Shown here: piece by piece, positions 1 to 9,078 of the stretch
How positions within the stretch are numbered: the first letter of the stretch is position 1
Layout: each line of letters opens with the position of its first letter
Source of the DNA: a virus
Lineage: Duplodnaviria > Caudoviricetes
Length of the DNA: 32,696 nt
Strand: one strand, 5' to 3'
IMG/VR virus record: IMGVR_UViG_3300037307_000155
Location: 1 to 32,696 of that record
Program-made: the position numbers and the translations under genes
The notes under the pieces: generated by a model
Seen by the model: the letters and a program-made list of their open reading frames with translations, nothing else
Database searches by the model: none
Told to the model about the DNA's origin: nothing

Positions 1-1
1 T

Positions 2-162
2 GTAGTCAGGTAGTCAGGGCACAACTTCTTCCCTCCTTACTGTATTTATAAAGTTTTAGAAAAACAGGTGACTACACTGACTACACGCTCAGAACCCTTA
101 CGCAGCAAGGCTCTCGGGTGTAGTCACCTACCTGACTACGGGGGTGACTACACCCTGACTAC
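2..162. repeat. Array of 8 TGACTAC heptamers (3 inverted, 5 direct) around an AT-rich core; origin-like or protein-binding site
   Basis: GTAGTCA at 2, 10 and 120; TGACTAC at 69, 78, 133, 145 and 156; AT-rich stretch at about 39-65 (tactgtatttataaagttttagaaaaac). Confidence 0.85.
116..155 (-). terminator. 13-bp perfect inverted repeat just after the last gene of the operon; possible terminator
   Basis: GGGTGTAGTCACC (116-128) pairs with GGTGACTACACCC (143-155), 3 nt past the TAG at 159-161. No U-tract follows. Confidence 0.4.
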
Positions 163-3100
163 GGCCTCGGTGCCTCGATGGGCGGGTTCGGGATGCCGTT
201 CACGTAGGCCACGTTCGGCCCGTACAGCACATTCGCCCCGTACTCGAACGTCTCGATGCTGCCGTACTCGTAGCCCACGTTGACGCTGACCGGCGTGTAG
301 CGGTACTGGATCAGGCTGATCTGGCCGGAGCTCGGCTCATCGGTGGAGCGCGCGTAGAAGTGCCACTCCTTCATGTCCCGACGGATCAGCAGGTAGTCGT
401 CGGTGTCCCAGAGCATCCGCTCCCCGAGGATGGGCGAGTCATCCGTGAACCGCTTGTTGATGTCGATGGCCGTGCCGCTCAGGGTCAGCCCGCGCAGCCC
501 GTACTCGGCCTCGCCCTGCCAGTTCCCGAACGTCACCTGGAGCTGCTGCAGGTGGCACCACGCATCGTGGGCCTTGTTCGCCCCCTGCGTGTTCGTCTCG
601 AACATCCACGGGATGGAGCGCTGCTTGACCTCGTAGGTGTCGGGATCGACGTAGTCGTCCATCCTCGCGTCATGGTCGAAGTAGTACAGGCCGTCAGGCT
701 TGGTGACCGACATGTACTGGTGGTTGCCGTACTCGATCGTGCGCAAGGCCCTGCCCTGCACGAGCAGCCGCGACCAGACGCCGGCCTCCCCGGCCTGCAC
801 GTCGTAGACCCAGATCTCGTTGCCCTTGCAGCCATCCTCGAGCAGCTCCCCGTTCGGGTTGTGGACGAGGTAGAACAGCCGGTTGTCCAGCTGCGCCGAC
901 ATGATCCAGTTCTTGGAGTCGAGCGCCTTCCACATGTTCTCGATCGCATCGGTCAGCGACTTGTGGTTGATGTTGTAGTTCGAGGCGGTGGACTTCAGCA
1001 GCGACTGGTCGATCGGCCGGTAGAGCGCGTTGTTCAGCACCTCGGCCGCGTAGGGCGACACGGTGCCTGGGGTGTTCGTCGTCTCCTCGAACCCCATCAC
1101 CGCGAGGCTGCCGGACTGCGCGCTCACCGAGGCGGGGTGCATGTAGTAGCTGGACGACAGGCCATCCACCCCCATGCACAGGACGGTGATGGTGTCGACG
1201 GACTGCGGGTTCTGCCACAGCACGACCGACGCCGGCACGAACAGGTTGCCCGACACCAGCGTCTTCACGCCGCCGCCCTTGATGGCGGAGAAGTTCGTGT
1301 ACTCGCCCATCCGGTTGGAGGACCAGCGGATCGAGGCGAGGTCGGAGGGGTCGGCGACGATGATCATGCGGTCGCCGGCGACGAGGCCCGTCCGGCCACG
1401 CGACGGATCCGAGTAGTTCCTCCGGTTCGTCTTCGTCGGCAGCAGCATCTCGTCCTGCCCCACCTTGCGTGCGGGGGTGACGGAGATCCATCCGCCGTCC
1501 TTGTACGCGACGGAAGTGCCGGAGCGGGCAGCCATGAGCATGGCCTGCTGGTCGGAGTAGAGCTCCTTGGAGGTGAGGTGCAGTGCGGTGACCGGCACAG
1601 GGTCCTGGTCGGTCCATGACATCGCATAGAGGTTCCAGCGCAGTGCTCCTTCCGCGAGTGCCCGGTCGTACACAGCCGGGGGGAGCATGGCGACGAGCTG
1701 GTCGGCACACTTCTCCGCGATGCTGGAGACCGTGCCGGACGGCTCGCCGACGGAGTTCGGGATCTCCCACAGCCAGTCCGACCACGGGCGCTTGGTGCGG
1801 ACCTCGACGATCTTCGAGGCCGCGGACTCACCCACCTCGTTCTCGAAGGTGTAGAAGAACGCCATCTTGTACTGGTTGGCCGTCGCCCCGCCCGTGGCGA
1901 TCAGCGTGTTCGACGTGGGCGTCTCCGGTGTCGGTGCGGTCAGCGGTGCGCCGAGCTGGTACATCGAGCTGGCCGACTCGTGCGGCTTGCGCGGGTCATC
2001 CCACTGGTACGCCTCAGTCTCGGTCGGCGGGGTGGCCCCGTCGAAGTAGGCACCGGGCACGGTGACCCCGGGCTCGAGCATCGCCGCGTCGATGTAGAAC
2101 CGCTCGCCCCGGCCCACCCCGTTGATCCGTACCCGGAATCGGGAGAGCACGGCATCGGACCTGCCCGAGGCGAAGGAGGCGTGCATCCGGGCGAAGGACC
2201 CGTGCGGGGCGGTGACCGTGCCATCGACACCATCGAGGAAGGTGCTGTCCCGGTTGTACCGGCGGGTGGTGATCATCGCCGTCTTGGCCGAGTTCACTCC
2301 GGCCACGTAGACTGAGCCGCACAGCGGCTGGCTGCCGGGGATCGGGACGTGCGCGCAGTAGATCCAGATGTCCCGCGGCGGGTGGTACTCGGACGGGGAT
2401 GCGTTGGGCGTGCCGGTCCAGTGGTAGTCGGTGCCGCTCGATCCGCTGAACGGGTCGGTGGACTCGCCAGCCTCGCACAGCACCACGTCCTTGACCTTGA
2501 TGTACGTGGCGTTCGACTTCTGGTTCGTCCCGCCGAGCGAGACACGCACCGAGGTCGTGCCGGTCGGGGCGGTGATCGAGTCGCTAACGAACCGCCTGTT
2601 GTTGCCCGGCATCACGAGGTCGGTGCTGTCGGCCACCTTCTGCCCGTTGGCCCCGTAGAACGTGAGGACCACACGGGGCACGGTGTCCGACGCATGGGAG
2701 TGGGTGACCGCCACCTTGTACTTCGTGCCGGCCTTGGCCGGGGCCTTCGCCGCGTAGGCCAGGTACAGGCCCTTGCCCGAGCGGTCGGTGATCTTCATCC
2801 AGCCCTGCGTCTCGGTCAGGGTCGGGTTGCCCCAGGTGGCGTGCGGCTTCCACCCGTTGAGCCCGGTGATCGTGGTCCGGTCCAGCGGTGACGGGCACAG
2901 GTTGGTGCGCGTGGGCGTGGACCAGATCTCCAGCACGCGATCCCCGGAGACGGGGGAGATCGTCGGCTCCTTCTGCCACTTCCACGAGGTGCCCTCGGTG
3001 GCGTGGATCCAGTACGCGAGGCTGTCCTCGAAGGACGGGTTCAGCACCTTGTTGGTGCGGAAGGCCGTCGGCTGCTTGCCGAGGATCCACGACTCCTCCG

Positions 3101-3719
3101 GGTGCATGACGGTCAGCTTGTGCCCGTCGTCCCACTCCGGCACCGAGATGGAGCCCAGCTTCTTGGCCAGCTTCTCCGTGCCCACCATGAACAGGCGCAT
3201 GTTCTCCGCGTTGTCCGACAGGGCGAAGATCTTGTTGTCGATCTGCAGGTACTCGATGTGCGTGGTGTCCGCGCTGAAGTTCAGCACGGCCTCGCCCTGC
3301 GGGATCCTGAACCCGATCTCAGGATCCGTCAGGTTGTGGACGATGGTGCTCACGCCGGAGAACAGCAGCGCGCGGAAGCCCACCGTGCCGTCGTTCTCGC
3401 GGACGCCGAACAGCAGCGCCTTGCCTCCGCCCTCGACGAAGAACGGCTCCTGGTTGCCGACCAGCTCGAACGGGTAGGCGTAGCCGCCCGCATCGTCGGT
3501 CGTGTCATAGTCCGGTGGCAGGATGTAGGACAGGAACTGCAGGCCGGGCCGGACGCACAGCGCTCCGTTGCGATCGACCAGCATGTTCTCCATCAGCCGG
3601 CAGGAGGCCGGGTTCGACTGTCCGGGCGGGAACGCCGTGGACCAGCCGGTGAAGCTGCGCACGTACGCGCGGGACAGCGGCCTGTCGATCGGGGGCGCGA
3701 CCTTCGCCTTGCCGGGCAT
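159..3719 (-). CDS. Tail nozzle / tail tubular protein B-like protein (1186 aa) with inserted carbohydrate-binding-like modules
   Basis: Follows the adaptor-like gene. The N-terminus (SFTGW...MENMLVDRNGALCVRPG) resembles T7 gp12/P22 gp10-type nozzles. Propeller-like strands are present (IRWSS, IWVYD...W). Internal TNxxxNPSFE and YFDG...W modules. Confidence 0.7.
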   Translation of the reverse strand: MPGKAKVAPPIDRPLSRAYVRSFTGWSTAFPPGQSNPASCRLMENMLVDRNGALCVRPGLQFLSYILPPDYDTTDDAGGYAYPFELVGNQEPFFVEGGGKALLFGVRENDGTVGFRALLFSGVSTIVHNLTDPEIGFRIPQGEAVLNFSADTTHIEYLQIDNKIFALSDNAENMRLFMVGTEKLAKKLGSISVPEWDDGHKLTVMHPEESWILGKQPTAFRTNKVLNPSFEDSLAYWIHATEGTSWKWQKEPTISPVSGDRVLEIWSTPTRTNLCPSPLDRTTITGLNGWKPHATWGNPTLTETQGWMKITDRSGKGLYLAYAAKAPAKAGTKYKVAVTHSHASDTVPRVVLTFYGANGQKVADSTDLVMPGNNRRFVSDSITAPTGTTSVRVSLGGTNQKSNATYIKVKDVVLCEAGESTDPFSGSSGTDYHWTGTPNASPSEYHPPRDIWIYCAHVPIPGSQPLCGSVYVAGVNSAKTAMITTRRYNRDSTFLDGVDGTVTAPHGSFARMHASFASGRSDAVLSRFRVRINGVGRGERFYIDAAMLEPGVTVPGAYFDGATPPTETEAYQWDDPRKPHESASSMYQLGAPLTAPTPETPTSNTLIATGGATANQYKMAFFYTFENEVGESAASKIVEVRTKRPWSDWLWEIPNSVGEPSGTVSSIAEKCADQLVAMLPPAVYDRALAEGALRWNLYAMSWTDQDPVPVTALHLTSKELYSDQQAMLMAARSGTSVAYKDGGWISVTPARKVGQDEMLLPTKTNRRNYSDPSRGRTGLVAGDRMIIVADPSDLASIRWSSNRMGEYTNFSAIKGGGVKTLVSGNLFVPASVVLWQNPQSVDTITVLCMGVDGLSSSYYMHPASVSAQSGSLAVMGFEETTNTPGTVSPYAAEVLNNALYRPIDQSLLKSTASNYNINHKSLTDAIENMWKALDSKNWIMSAQLDNRLFYLVHNPNGELLEDGCKGNEIWVYDVQAGEAGVWSRLLVQGRALRTIEYGNHQYMSVTKPDGLYYFDHDARMDDYVDPDTYEVKQRSIPWMFETNTQGANKAHDAWCHLQQLQVTFGNWQGEAEYGLRGLTLSGTAIDINKRFTDDSPILGERMLWDTDDYLLIRRDMKEWHFYARSTDEPSSGQISLIQYRYTPVSVNVGYEYGSIETFEYGANVLYGPNVAYVNGIPNPPIEAPRP

Positions 3720-3728
3720 CAGCGCCTC

Positions 3729-4487
3729 CTAGATGAAGTCGGAGTGGGGGTGCCGGTGGTACCCACTGCTCGGGGCCAGCCCGTTCTCCAGCGGCAGGGT
3801 GAACGAGTTCTGGTACGGGGTGTCCGTGTGGTTGGTGTCCCGCTCGATCAGCTGGTACATCAGGTCCTTGTAGCCCTGCTCCAGCACCTGCGCCCGCGGC
3901 TGCATGACCGGGTCCGACTGGGCGTAGTAGAACGCCGCGCGGGCGATCACGACGTCCGGGTACGGGAAGTCGATCTGCTGGGTGCGGATGTTGCGGGAGA
4001 CGGTGGCGCCCTTGTTGGGCAGCCGGAACATGCGCGGCTCCCGCATCACCGGGACGTGGACGGTCAGGCCGGCCTCGCCCTCGTGGATCTCGCGGGAGAA
4101 GTAGATGCTGCGCCGGGTGACCGCGCACCACAGGCCCATCCGGTCCTCGTACTTGTACAGGGAGTCACGGGGCAGGTAGTACACCCAGCGCACCGTCTTG
4201 CCGTCGGAGTCCACCAGCCGCACCGCGTCGTCCCCGATGATCCGCGGGCGCTGCGTGGTGGGCAGGATGACCTCCCGCTGGCCCTCGCTCAGGGTGCCGA
4301 GGTCGAGGAACGCGGCATAGTACGACCACTCGTTCTCGAGTGCGTTGGCCCGCAGCGCCCGGTTGATCTGCCTAGTTATGGCCCGGTACCGATCCAGCTC
4401 AGGCTCATAAGATAGGTCCAGCCCGGTGAGCAGGCCGAGCACCTCACCGACAGCCTCGTCGAGGGTGATCGTGGTCTCGGGGTTCAT
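3729..4487 (-). CDS. Probable tail adaptor / tail tubular protein A-like head-tail connector (252 aa)
   Basis: Size and position directly before the nozzle; helical N-terminus (TLDEAVGEVLGLL...INRALR...W) and C-terminal helices typical of podovirus adaptors. Confidence 0.55.
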   Translation of the reverse strand: MNPETTITLDEAVGEVLGLLTGLDLSYEPELDRYRAITRQINRALRANALENEWSYYAAFLDLGTLSEGQREVILPTTQRPRIIGDDAVRLVDSDGKTVRWVYYLPRDSLYKYEDRMGLWCAVTRRSIYFSREIHEGEAGLTVHVPVMREPRMFRLPNKGATVSRNIRTQQIDFPYPDVVIARAAFYYAQSDPVMQPRAQVLEQGYKDLMYQLIERDTNHTDTPYQNSFTLPLENGLAPSSGYHRHPHSDFI

Positions 4488-4488
4488 G

Positions 4489-5547
4489 TCACCACTTCCT
4501 CAACGAGGCGCCTTCGGCCTTCTGCGGTGCCTCCACCGTCACGGCCGAGGCGAGGTTGGTGTTCGACTTCCTGCGCTCGAGCGGCTTCTTGCCCTCCCAG
4601 TCCTGGATCCAGTCGGGGATCCCGGGGCTGTTGTAGGACTTGCCGACCTCCTTGGCCGAGGCGTTGAAGTTCTTCTTCATCGCAGCCTTGGCCTTCTTCT
4701 CCGCACCCTTCGGGGCGCTGACGTCCATCTCCTTGGCCATCGCGTAGTAGTCAGCCTGCTGGCCCTTGATGTTGCCGAGCTGGGTGAAGGCGTCGGCCCG
4801 ACGGTTGTAGTAGTCCTGCCAGAGCCGCTTCTTCTCCGACTCGGCACTCGTCGCGGTGTTGGCCATCGCGTTCTGCGTGTCGATGTTGAGGTCCATGATG
4901 CCGGCGTTCACCGTGTGCATCTGGTCGAAGTAGGCGCGGTTGGCCTCCTGGGTGTTGGCGGCCCAGTTGCGCGCTGACAGCGCCATCGACCGCAGTGCAT
5001 CAGTCTCGCCGGCTCCCTGCTCCAGCACGGCGCTCATGGTGTCCTGCCGCTCCCGCACGAGGTTCGCCAGGTTCTCGTTGCCGGTACCGGCGCGCGCCTT
5101 CTCCGCATCCGAGGCGTTCTCGAGGAACGTGGCGAACCTGTCCTTGTGACCCTCGAGCAGTATCTGCAGCTGCTGGCGCATCACCTGGTTGACGTCGCGG
5201 ATGTGCTGCTTGCGCGCCTTGGCGAAGCTCTTGTTCAGCGCAGTCTTGAGCGCCTTGGCCTGGTACTCCAGGTTCTTGGCCTGCTCGAGGTACTTCTTGC
5301 CAGCCTTGGTCTTCGCCTCGTTCTCGCGGGCGATGGCGCGCTTCTCCGCGCTGCTGGCCCCACCACTCGAGCCGCCGCTCTTGCCGGAGCCGCCGCTCTT
5401 GCCGGAGCCGGAGCCGGAGCCGGAGCCGCCGCTCTTGCCGGAGCCGGAGCCGCCGCTCTTGCCGGAGCCGGAGCCGGAGCCGCTGTTGGTCCCCTTGGGC
5501 GGCTTCTTCTTACCCGTGGTGTCGGGCTTGACCGGGATGTAGACCAT
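4489..5547 (-). CDS. Hypothetical virion protein, possible internal core/ejection protein (352 aa; Gly/Ser/Lys linker followed by Ala-rich helical region)
   Basis: Clean ORF coupled to the upstream stop (TGATG at 5547) with a GGAGGAG RBS; no Cys seen; coiled-coil-like composition. Confidence 0.6.
   Translation of the reverse strand: MVYIPVKPDTTGKKKPPKGTNSGSGSGSGKSGGSGSGKSGGSGSGSGSGKSGGSGKSGGSSGGASSAEKRAIARENEAKTKAGKKYLEQAKNLEYQAKALKTALNKSFAKARKQHIRDVNQVMRQQLQILLEGHKDRFATFLENASDAEKARAGTGNENLANLVRERQDTMSAVLEQGAGETDALRSMALSARNWAANTQEANRAYFDQMHTVNAGIMDLNIDTQNAMANTATSAESEKKRLWQDYYNRRADAFTQLGNIKGQQADYYAMAKEMDVSAPKGAEKKAKAAMKKNFNASAKEVGKSYNSPGIPDWIQDWEGKKPLERRKSNTNLASAVTVEAPQKAEGASLRKW
5369..5482. 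repeat. Coding minisatellite: four gagccgccgctcttgccg units interspersed with (gagccg)n, encoding a GSGSGKSGG linker
   Basis: Directly visible tandem units at 5369-5482. Confidence 0.9.
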
Positions 5548-7334
5548 CAGATCTCCTCCAACCCAAGAGCCACGCGGATCTTGTTGATCTTGTACGGGTT
5601 CTCGATGACCTGGCCCTCACGCCCGTACAGCTCGCCCCGACCGTACTGCTTCTCGTTCCGGGTGCGCTGGTCCACGTAGTCGATGAAGATCTTCCGGTCC
5701 TCCGGCGTCCACTCGAACTCGTCCATCGCCGCGGAGACCTGCTTCCACTGCTCACCGGGAGTGGCGCTGGGATCCGCGAGCTGGATGTAGCCCGACTGCA
5801 GCATGTCGTCGAAGTGCTTCCGCTTGACGTCGCGGCCGCCGATGATGTTCTCGTCCGTGCCGTACCCGAGCGGAACCTCCTCCGTCTTCCACTGCTTGGC
5901 GGGCGAGGTGGCCGGCACGATGCCCCAGAGCTGGGGGTTGAACGAGTCGGCGTACATGTCCTTGATCAGATCACGCGACGTGGTGACGAGGGAAGCGTCG
6001 AGCGCCTCCATGTTCCTGTTGGAGCGGACGTCCTCGTAGTTGGACTTCACCGCGGCCTGGGTCGTGCGAGCCTGCTCGCCCATCGGGCCTGCGTGCTTGA
6101 CCTCTTCCCAGTCGACCTGGCCGGAGACGTTCTCGTCGAGCTGTGCCACGACCTCCGGGTCGATCGTGAGGTTCTGCAGGTCCTTCGCGCTGAAGGCCCG
6201 CTCCAGCGACAGGTACTCGTCGAGGTCCTGGCCGATCGCCTTGTAGTCCAGCTGCTTCAGCAGGGCCACGGTGTTCGGGGCGAAGATGTCGGCACCACCA
6301 CCCTCGCCGAACATCTCCGTGACAGCCTTCTCGTACGCCTTCTTCTTCTTGCCCTTGAGCTTGTACTCACCGGCGATGTCAGCCTCACGAGCAGCGACGA
6401 GCAGGGTGTTGGCGTCGACCGCGCCCTTCTCGTCCTTCGACAGGTTGTTGTACGCCTCGGCCGTCAGGGGCACGGCCTCGTTCTCGAAGGTGGGGTTGTC
6501 CTTGATCAGGACGCCCTTGATGACAGGGGCCGTGCCGGCTGTCAGCACCATGTCGTTGGGGTTCTCCATCATCCGCTGGATGTTCTGAGGGAGATCCTTG
6601 ATCGTCTTGGGTGCAGTCAGCCCGAAGTCCTTGGCCTTGTCCCCGCCGTACAGCTGCTGCAGCCGGGTCTTCTCCTGGTCGGAGATCCCATACTCGTACG
6701 GGCTCAGCTCCGTCGCGGCATCCACGTCGTACATGTCCGTGGGCAGCTTGACCTCGGACACCTCCCGGCCACCCCAGCCCAGCGAGTTCAGGAGATGGAG
6801 CGTCTCGTCGGAGATGGACATCGTTGCAGCATCCCGCTTGGCCTTGGCCTTGTATGCATCCAGCGTGACCTTGATCTGCTCCGGGGTGCGCCACGGCTGG
6901 GACGGGTCGACCAGGGCCTTCATCTCCTCAGCCTTCTCGGCCTCGAGCTGGGCGCGGGTCTTGTTGGTGCCGCCGGTGATGGTGTTGCCCGGGTTCGGCA
7001 GGCCGGAGGGAAGCTGGGCGGGAGCCGTGTCGGGGGCAGCCTGGTTGGGCACCGCCTCCGTGGGCTTGGTGGTGGGAGTGACCTCCATCGCCTTGCGCCG
7101 CTCAGCCTCCTTCTCCTGCCAGCTGACCCAGTCGAACTCAGGCTTCTTCGGTGCTGCTGTCGGGCGGCCGAGGATGCCGATGTTCCGCTGGCTGTTGTCG
7201 ACAGCGGGCGTGGAGGGGCTCGACTTCGGAGCAGTGGAGGGCTTCGAAGCCGTGGGCATGTGGTTTCTGATCCCCTTGCGGGTCAGCTCCTTGGGCAGCT
7301 TCCCACCGAACCCACCATCGGGACGCAGCAGCAT
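5547..7334 (-). CDS. Hypothetical virion protein, possible internal core/ejection protein (595 aa)
   Basis: Strong RBS (AGGAGG); Pro/Lys-rich disordered N-terminus and helical body; no Cys seen; lies in the structural operon. Confidence 0.6.
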   Translation of the reverse strand: MLLRPDGGFGGKLPKELTRKGIRNHMPTASKPSTAPKSSPSTPAVDNSQRNIGILGRPTAAPKKPEFDWVSWQEKEAERRKAMEVTPTTKPTEAVPNQAAPDTAPAQLPSGLPNPGNTITGGTNKTRAQLEAEKAEEMKALVDPSQPWRTPEQIKVTLDAYKAKAKRDAATMSISDETLHLLNSLGWGGREVSEVKLPTDMYDVDAATELSPYEYGISDQEKTRLQQLYGGDKAKDFGLTAPKTIKDLPQNIQRMMENPNDMVLTAGTAPVIKGVLIKDNPTFENEAVPLTAEAYNNLSKDEKGAVDANTLLVAAREADIAGEYKLKGKKKKAYEKAVTEMFGEGGGADIFAPNTVALLKQLDYKAIGQDLDEYLSLERAFSAKDLQNLTIDPEVVAQLDENVSGQVDWEEVKHAGPMGEQARTTQAAVKSNYEDVRSNRNMEALDASLVTTSRDLIKDMYADSFNPQLWGIVPATSPAKQWKTEEVPLGYGTDENIIGGRDVKRKHFDDMLQSGYIQLADPSATPGEQWKQVSAAMDEFEWTPEDRKIFIDYVDQRTRNEKQYGRGELYGREGQVIENPYKINKIRVALGLEEI

Positions 7335-7343
7335 GGCAACCTC

Positions 7344-8444
7344 CTAAGCCTTCTTCACGATGTACACCATCGCATACCACGGGGGCTCGTTCTCGTGAGT
7401 CTCAGCAGCGTTCGCAGCAGCCACGGCATCCACGGTGACCGTGTGGCTGTGGGACTGGTTGGTGGTGTTCACGGTGACCGAGTGGCTGTGGTTACCGTCC
7501 CACCCGATCTCGTGCTGGTGGTTGGTGTCCGTGGCCAGGATCGTCACGGTCCCGTTGCGGGTGGTGGCGGGCGAGGCTTCGTCCGCGGTGTCGATCCACT
7601 TGTTCGAGTCGCCGGTCGTGAGGCCCTCGTACGTGTGGGCGCCGTGGCTGTGGCTCCAGTTCTGGGTCATCCATCCGGTGTACTGCCCGTGGCGGTGGTT
7701 GCCGGAATCCCCGGTGCTGGCCGTGTGGCTGTGGTTGGTAGCCGTGGATCCAGAGCCGGCCGAGTGGCTGTGCGAGGGCAGGCCCGACTGGGCAGCGGTC
7801 AGCTGCACCCGACGGGAGCCGCCGGTCGCACCCCTGCTGTGGTTCGGGCCGACACCCACGATGAACCTGTCGCTGAGGTCCACGGTGTTCGGGCTGCCGC
7901 TGATGGCCTGCAGTGCAGCGGAGCCGTGCGCGGTGCCGTTGCACAGGTGCCAGCCGGGAGGGGCTGTGTTCCCCATGTAGGGCACGACGATCCCGATCGG
8001 CATGGAGTTGTCCACGTACTGCTTCGTGGCGATGCCGAGCGACGAGGTCGGATCCCCGGCCACCGTGAGCAGGCCGCTGACCCTGTCACCCACCAGCGCT
8101 ATCGTCTTCAGGACACCAGCATCCGAGTACGAGCTCAACTGGAACTTCGCCCCGGTGTCACCGCCAGTCTCCGCCACGTTGTCACCGAAGCTCAGCCGCC
8201 AGCGCCGGAGGCCCCCGGTGCTCAGGCCGATGACCGCGGTGTGCCCGCTGCCCTGCAGGTACAGGCTGGCGTCCTCGCCGGGCGGGTTGATGGTGATGTC
8301 GCCGCTGATGGAGCCGCCGGTGTTCTCCCCACCGAGTGCGGTGTCCAGCGCCTTGATCGCGGCCACCACCCAGTTGGTGTGCTCGAAGTGGCCGGGCATC
8401 CCCTCGACGGGCGGATCCGGCTCGGGCTGGGGCAGCAGTGTCAT
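7344..8444 (-). CDS. Tail fibre with tail-collar domain and HxH metal-binding needle (366 aa)
   Basis: ATKQYVD neck motif; tail-collar motif PIGIVVPYMG..APPGWHLCNG...VDLSDRFIVG; seven HxH motifs; C-terminal HENEPPWYAMVYIVK. Confidence 0.85.
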   Translation of the reverse strand: MTLLPQPEPDPPVEGMPGHFEHTNWVVAAIKALDTALGGENTGGSISGDITINPPGEDASLYLQGSGHTAVIGLSTGGLRRWRLSFGDNVAETGGDTGAKFQLSSYSDAGVLKTIALVGDRVSGLLTVAGDPTSSLGIATKQYVDNSMPIGIVVPYMGNTAPPGWHLCNGTAHGSAALQAISGSPNTVDLSDRFIVGVGPNHSRGATGGSRRVQLTAAQSGLPSHSHSAGSGSTATNHSHTASTGDSGNHRHGQYTGWMTQNWSHSHGAHTYEGLTTGDSNKWIDTADEASPATTRNGTVTILATDTNHQHEIGWDGNHSHSVTVNTTNQSHSHTVTVDAVAAANAAETHENEPPWYAMVYIVKKA

Positions 8445-8454
8445 CTCTCGCTCC

Positions 8455-8877
8455 TCACCAGTTGGCCACGTTCGTCTGGAAGGTGGCGAAGTCAGGGGAG
8501 TCGAAGACGATCTGCTTCAGCTCCGCCTTCACCTCGGCCTTCACCTCGGAACGCTGGAGGTCCGTGTACGCGGTCAGGTTGATCTCGGCCTGCGTCAGCG
8601 CGGTGACGTTGGCCTTGGTCGTGTTGAGGTTGCTGACCTGCGAGTCGACCTGCGCCTTGGTGTAGTACCGCACGTCACCGCGTCCAGCGTTCAGGTAGTT
8701 CGGGTGCGGGTCGGCAGCATCCTCGTGGGCCATCAGGTTCGTGTTCAGGTTCTTCACGAACTGCTTGATCCACCGGCTCCACGCGAAGTGGCCCGGCCGG
8801 CCGGCTACGGGATCCGGCGCCTCAGCCCCTGCTGTGCCCCCGGGGTAGGGGAAGACGGGTGCGCTATTGGTTCCCAC
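8455..8877 (-). CDS. Small fibre-associated protein (140 aa)
   Basis: GGAGG RBS with GTG start. PVAGRPGHF..W motif shared with the N-terminus of the 366-aa fibre; DPHPNYL...RGDVRY motif shared with the 254-aa collagen fibre. Confidence 0.7.
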   Translation of the reverse strand: MGTNSAPVFPYPGGTAGAEAPDPVAGRPGHFAWSRWIKQFVKNLNTNLMAHEDAADPHPNYLNAGRGDVRYYTKAQVDSQVSNLNTTKANVTALTQAEINLTAYTDLQRSEVKAEVKAELKQIVFDSPDFATFQTNVANW

Positions 8878-9076
8878 TGCTGGCCTCCTGTGTCACGGGG
8901 AGCGCCTGGCCGGAGGTGCGCGACCACAGGTCGTGCCACTCCCCGGTCCAGATCACTGTTGCCATCTCGTCCCAGATGTCGGTCCACGGGTCGGGCCAGA
9001 CGAAGGTTGCGCCGAACCAGATCCCCTGGATCTCGATGTCGTCGCAGACCGCCCGGCCCACATCCCGCAGGTCCAT
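8864..9076 (-). CDS. Small Trp-rich protein (70 aa), probable fibre accessory protein
   Basis: Start moved to the ATG at 9076, behind an AGGAG RBS that overlaps the lysin stop. Sequence MDLRD...IQGIWFGATFVWPDPW. Confidence 0.6.
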   Translation of the reverse strand: MDLRDVGRAVCDDIEIQGIWFGATFVWPDPWTDIWDEMATVIWTGEWHDLWSRTSGQALPVTQEASSGNQ

Positions 9077-9078
9077 GT

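Noticed and set aside
2-162. Repeat array as a CRISPR array
   Set aside because: The repeats are only 7 bp, in mixed orientation, with irregular short spacing, and no cas genes are present.
68-283. 71-aa plus-strand ORF
   Set aside because: It spans the repeat array and is antisense to the nozzle gene end; no coding signature.
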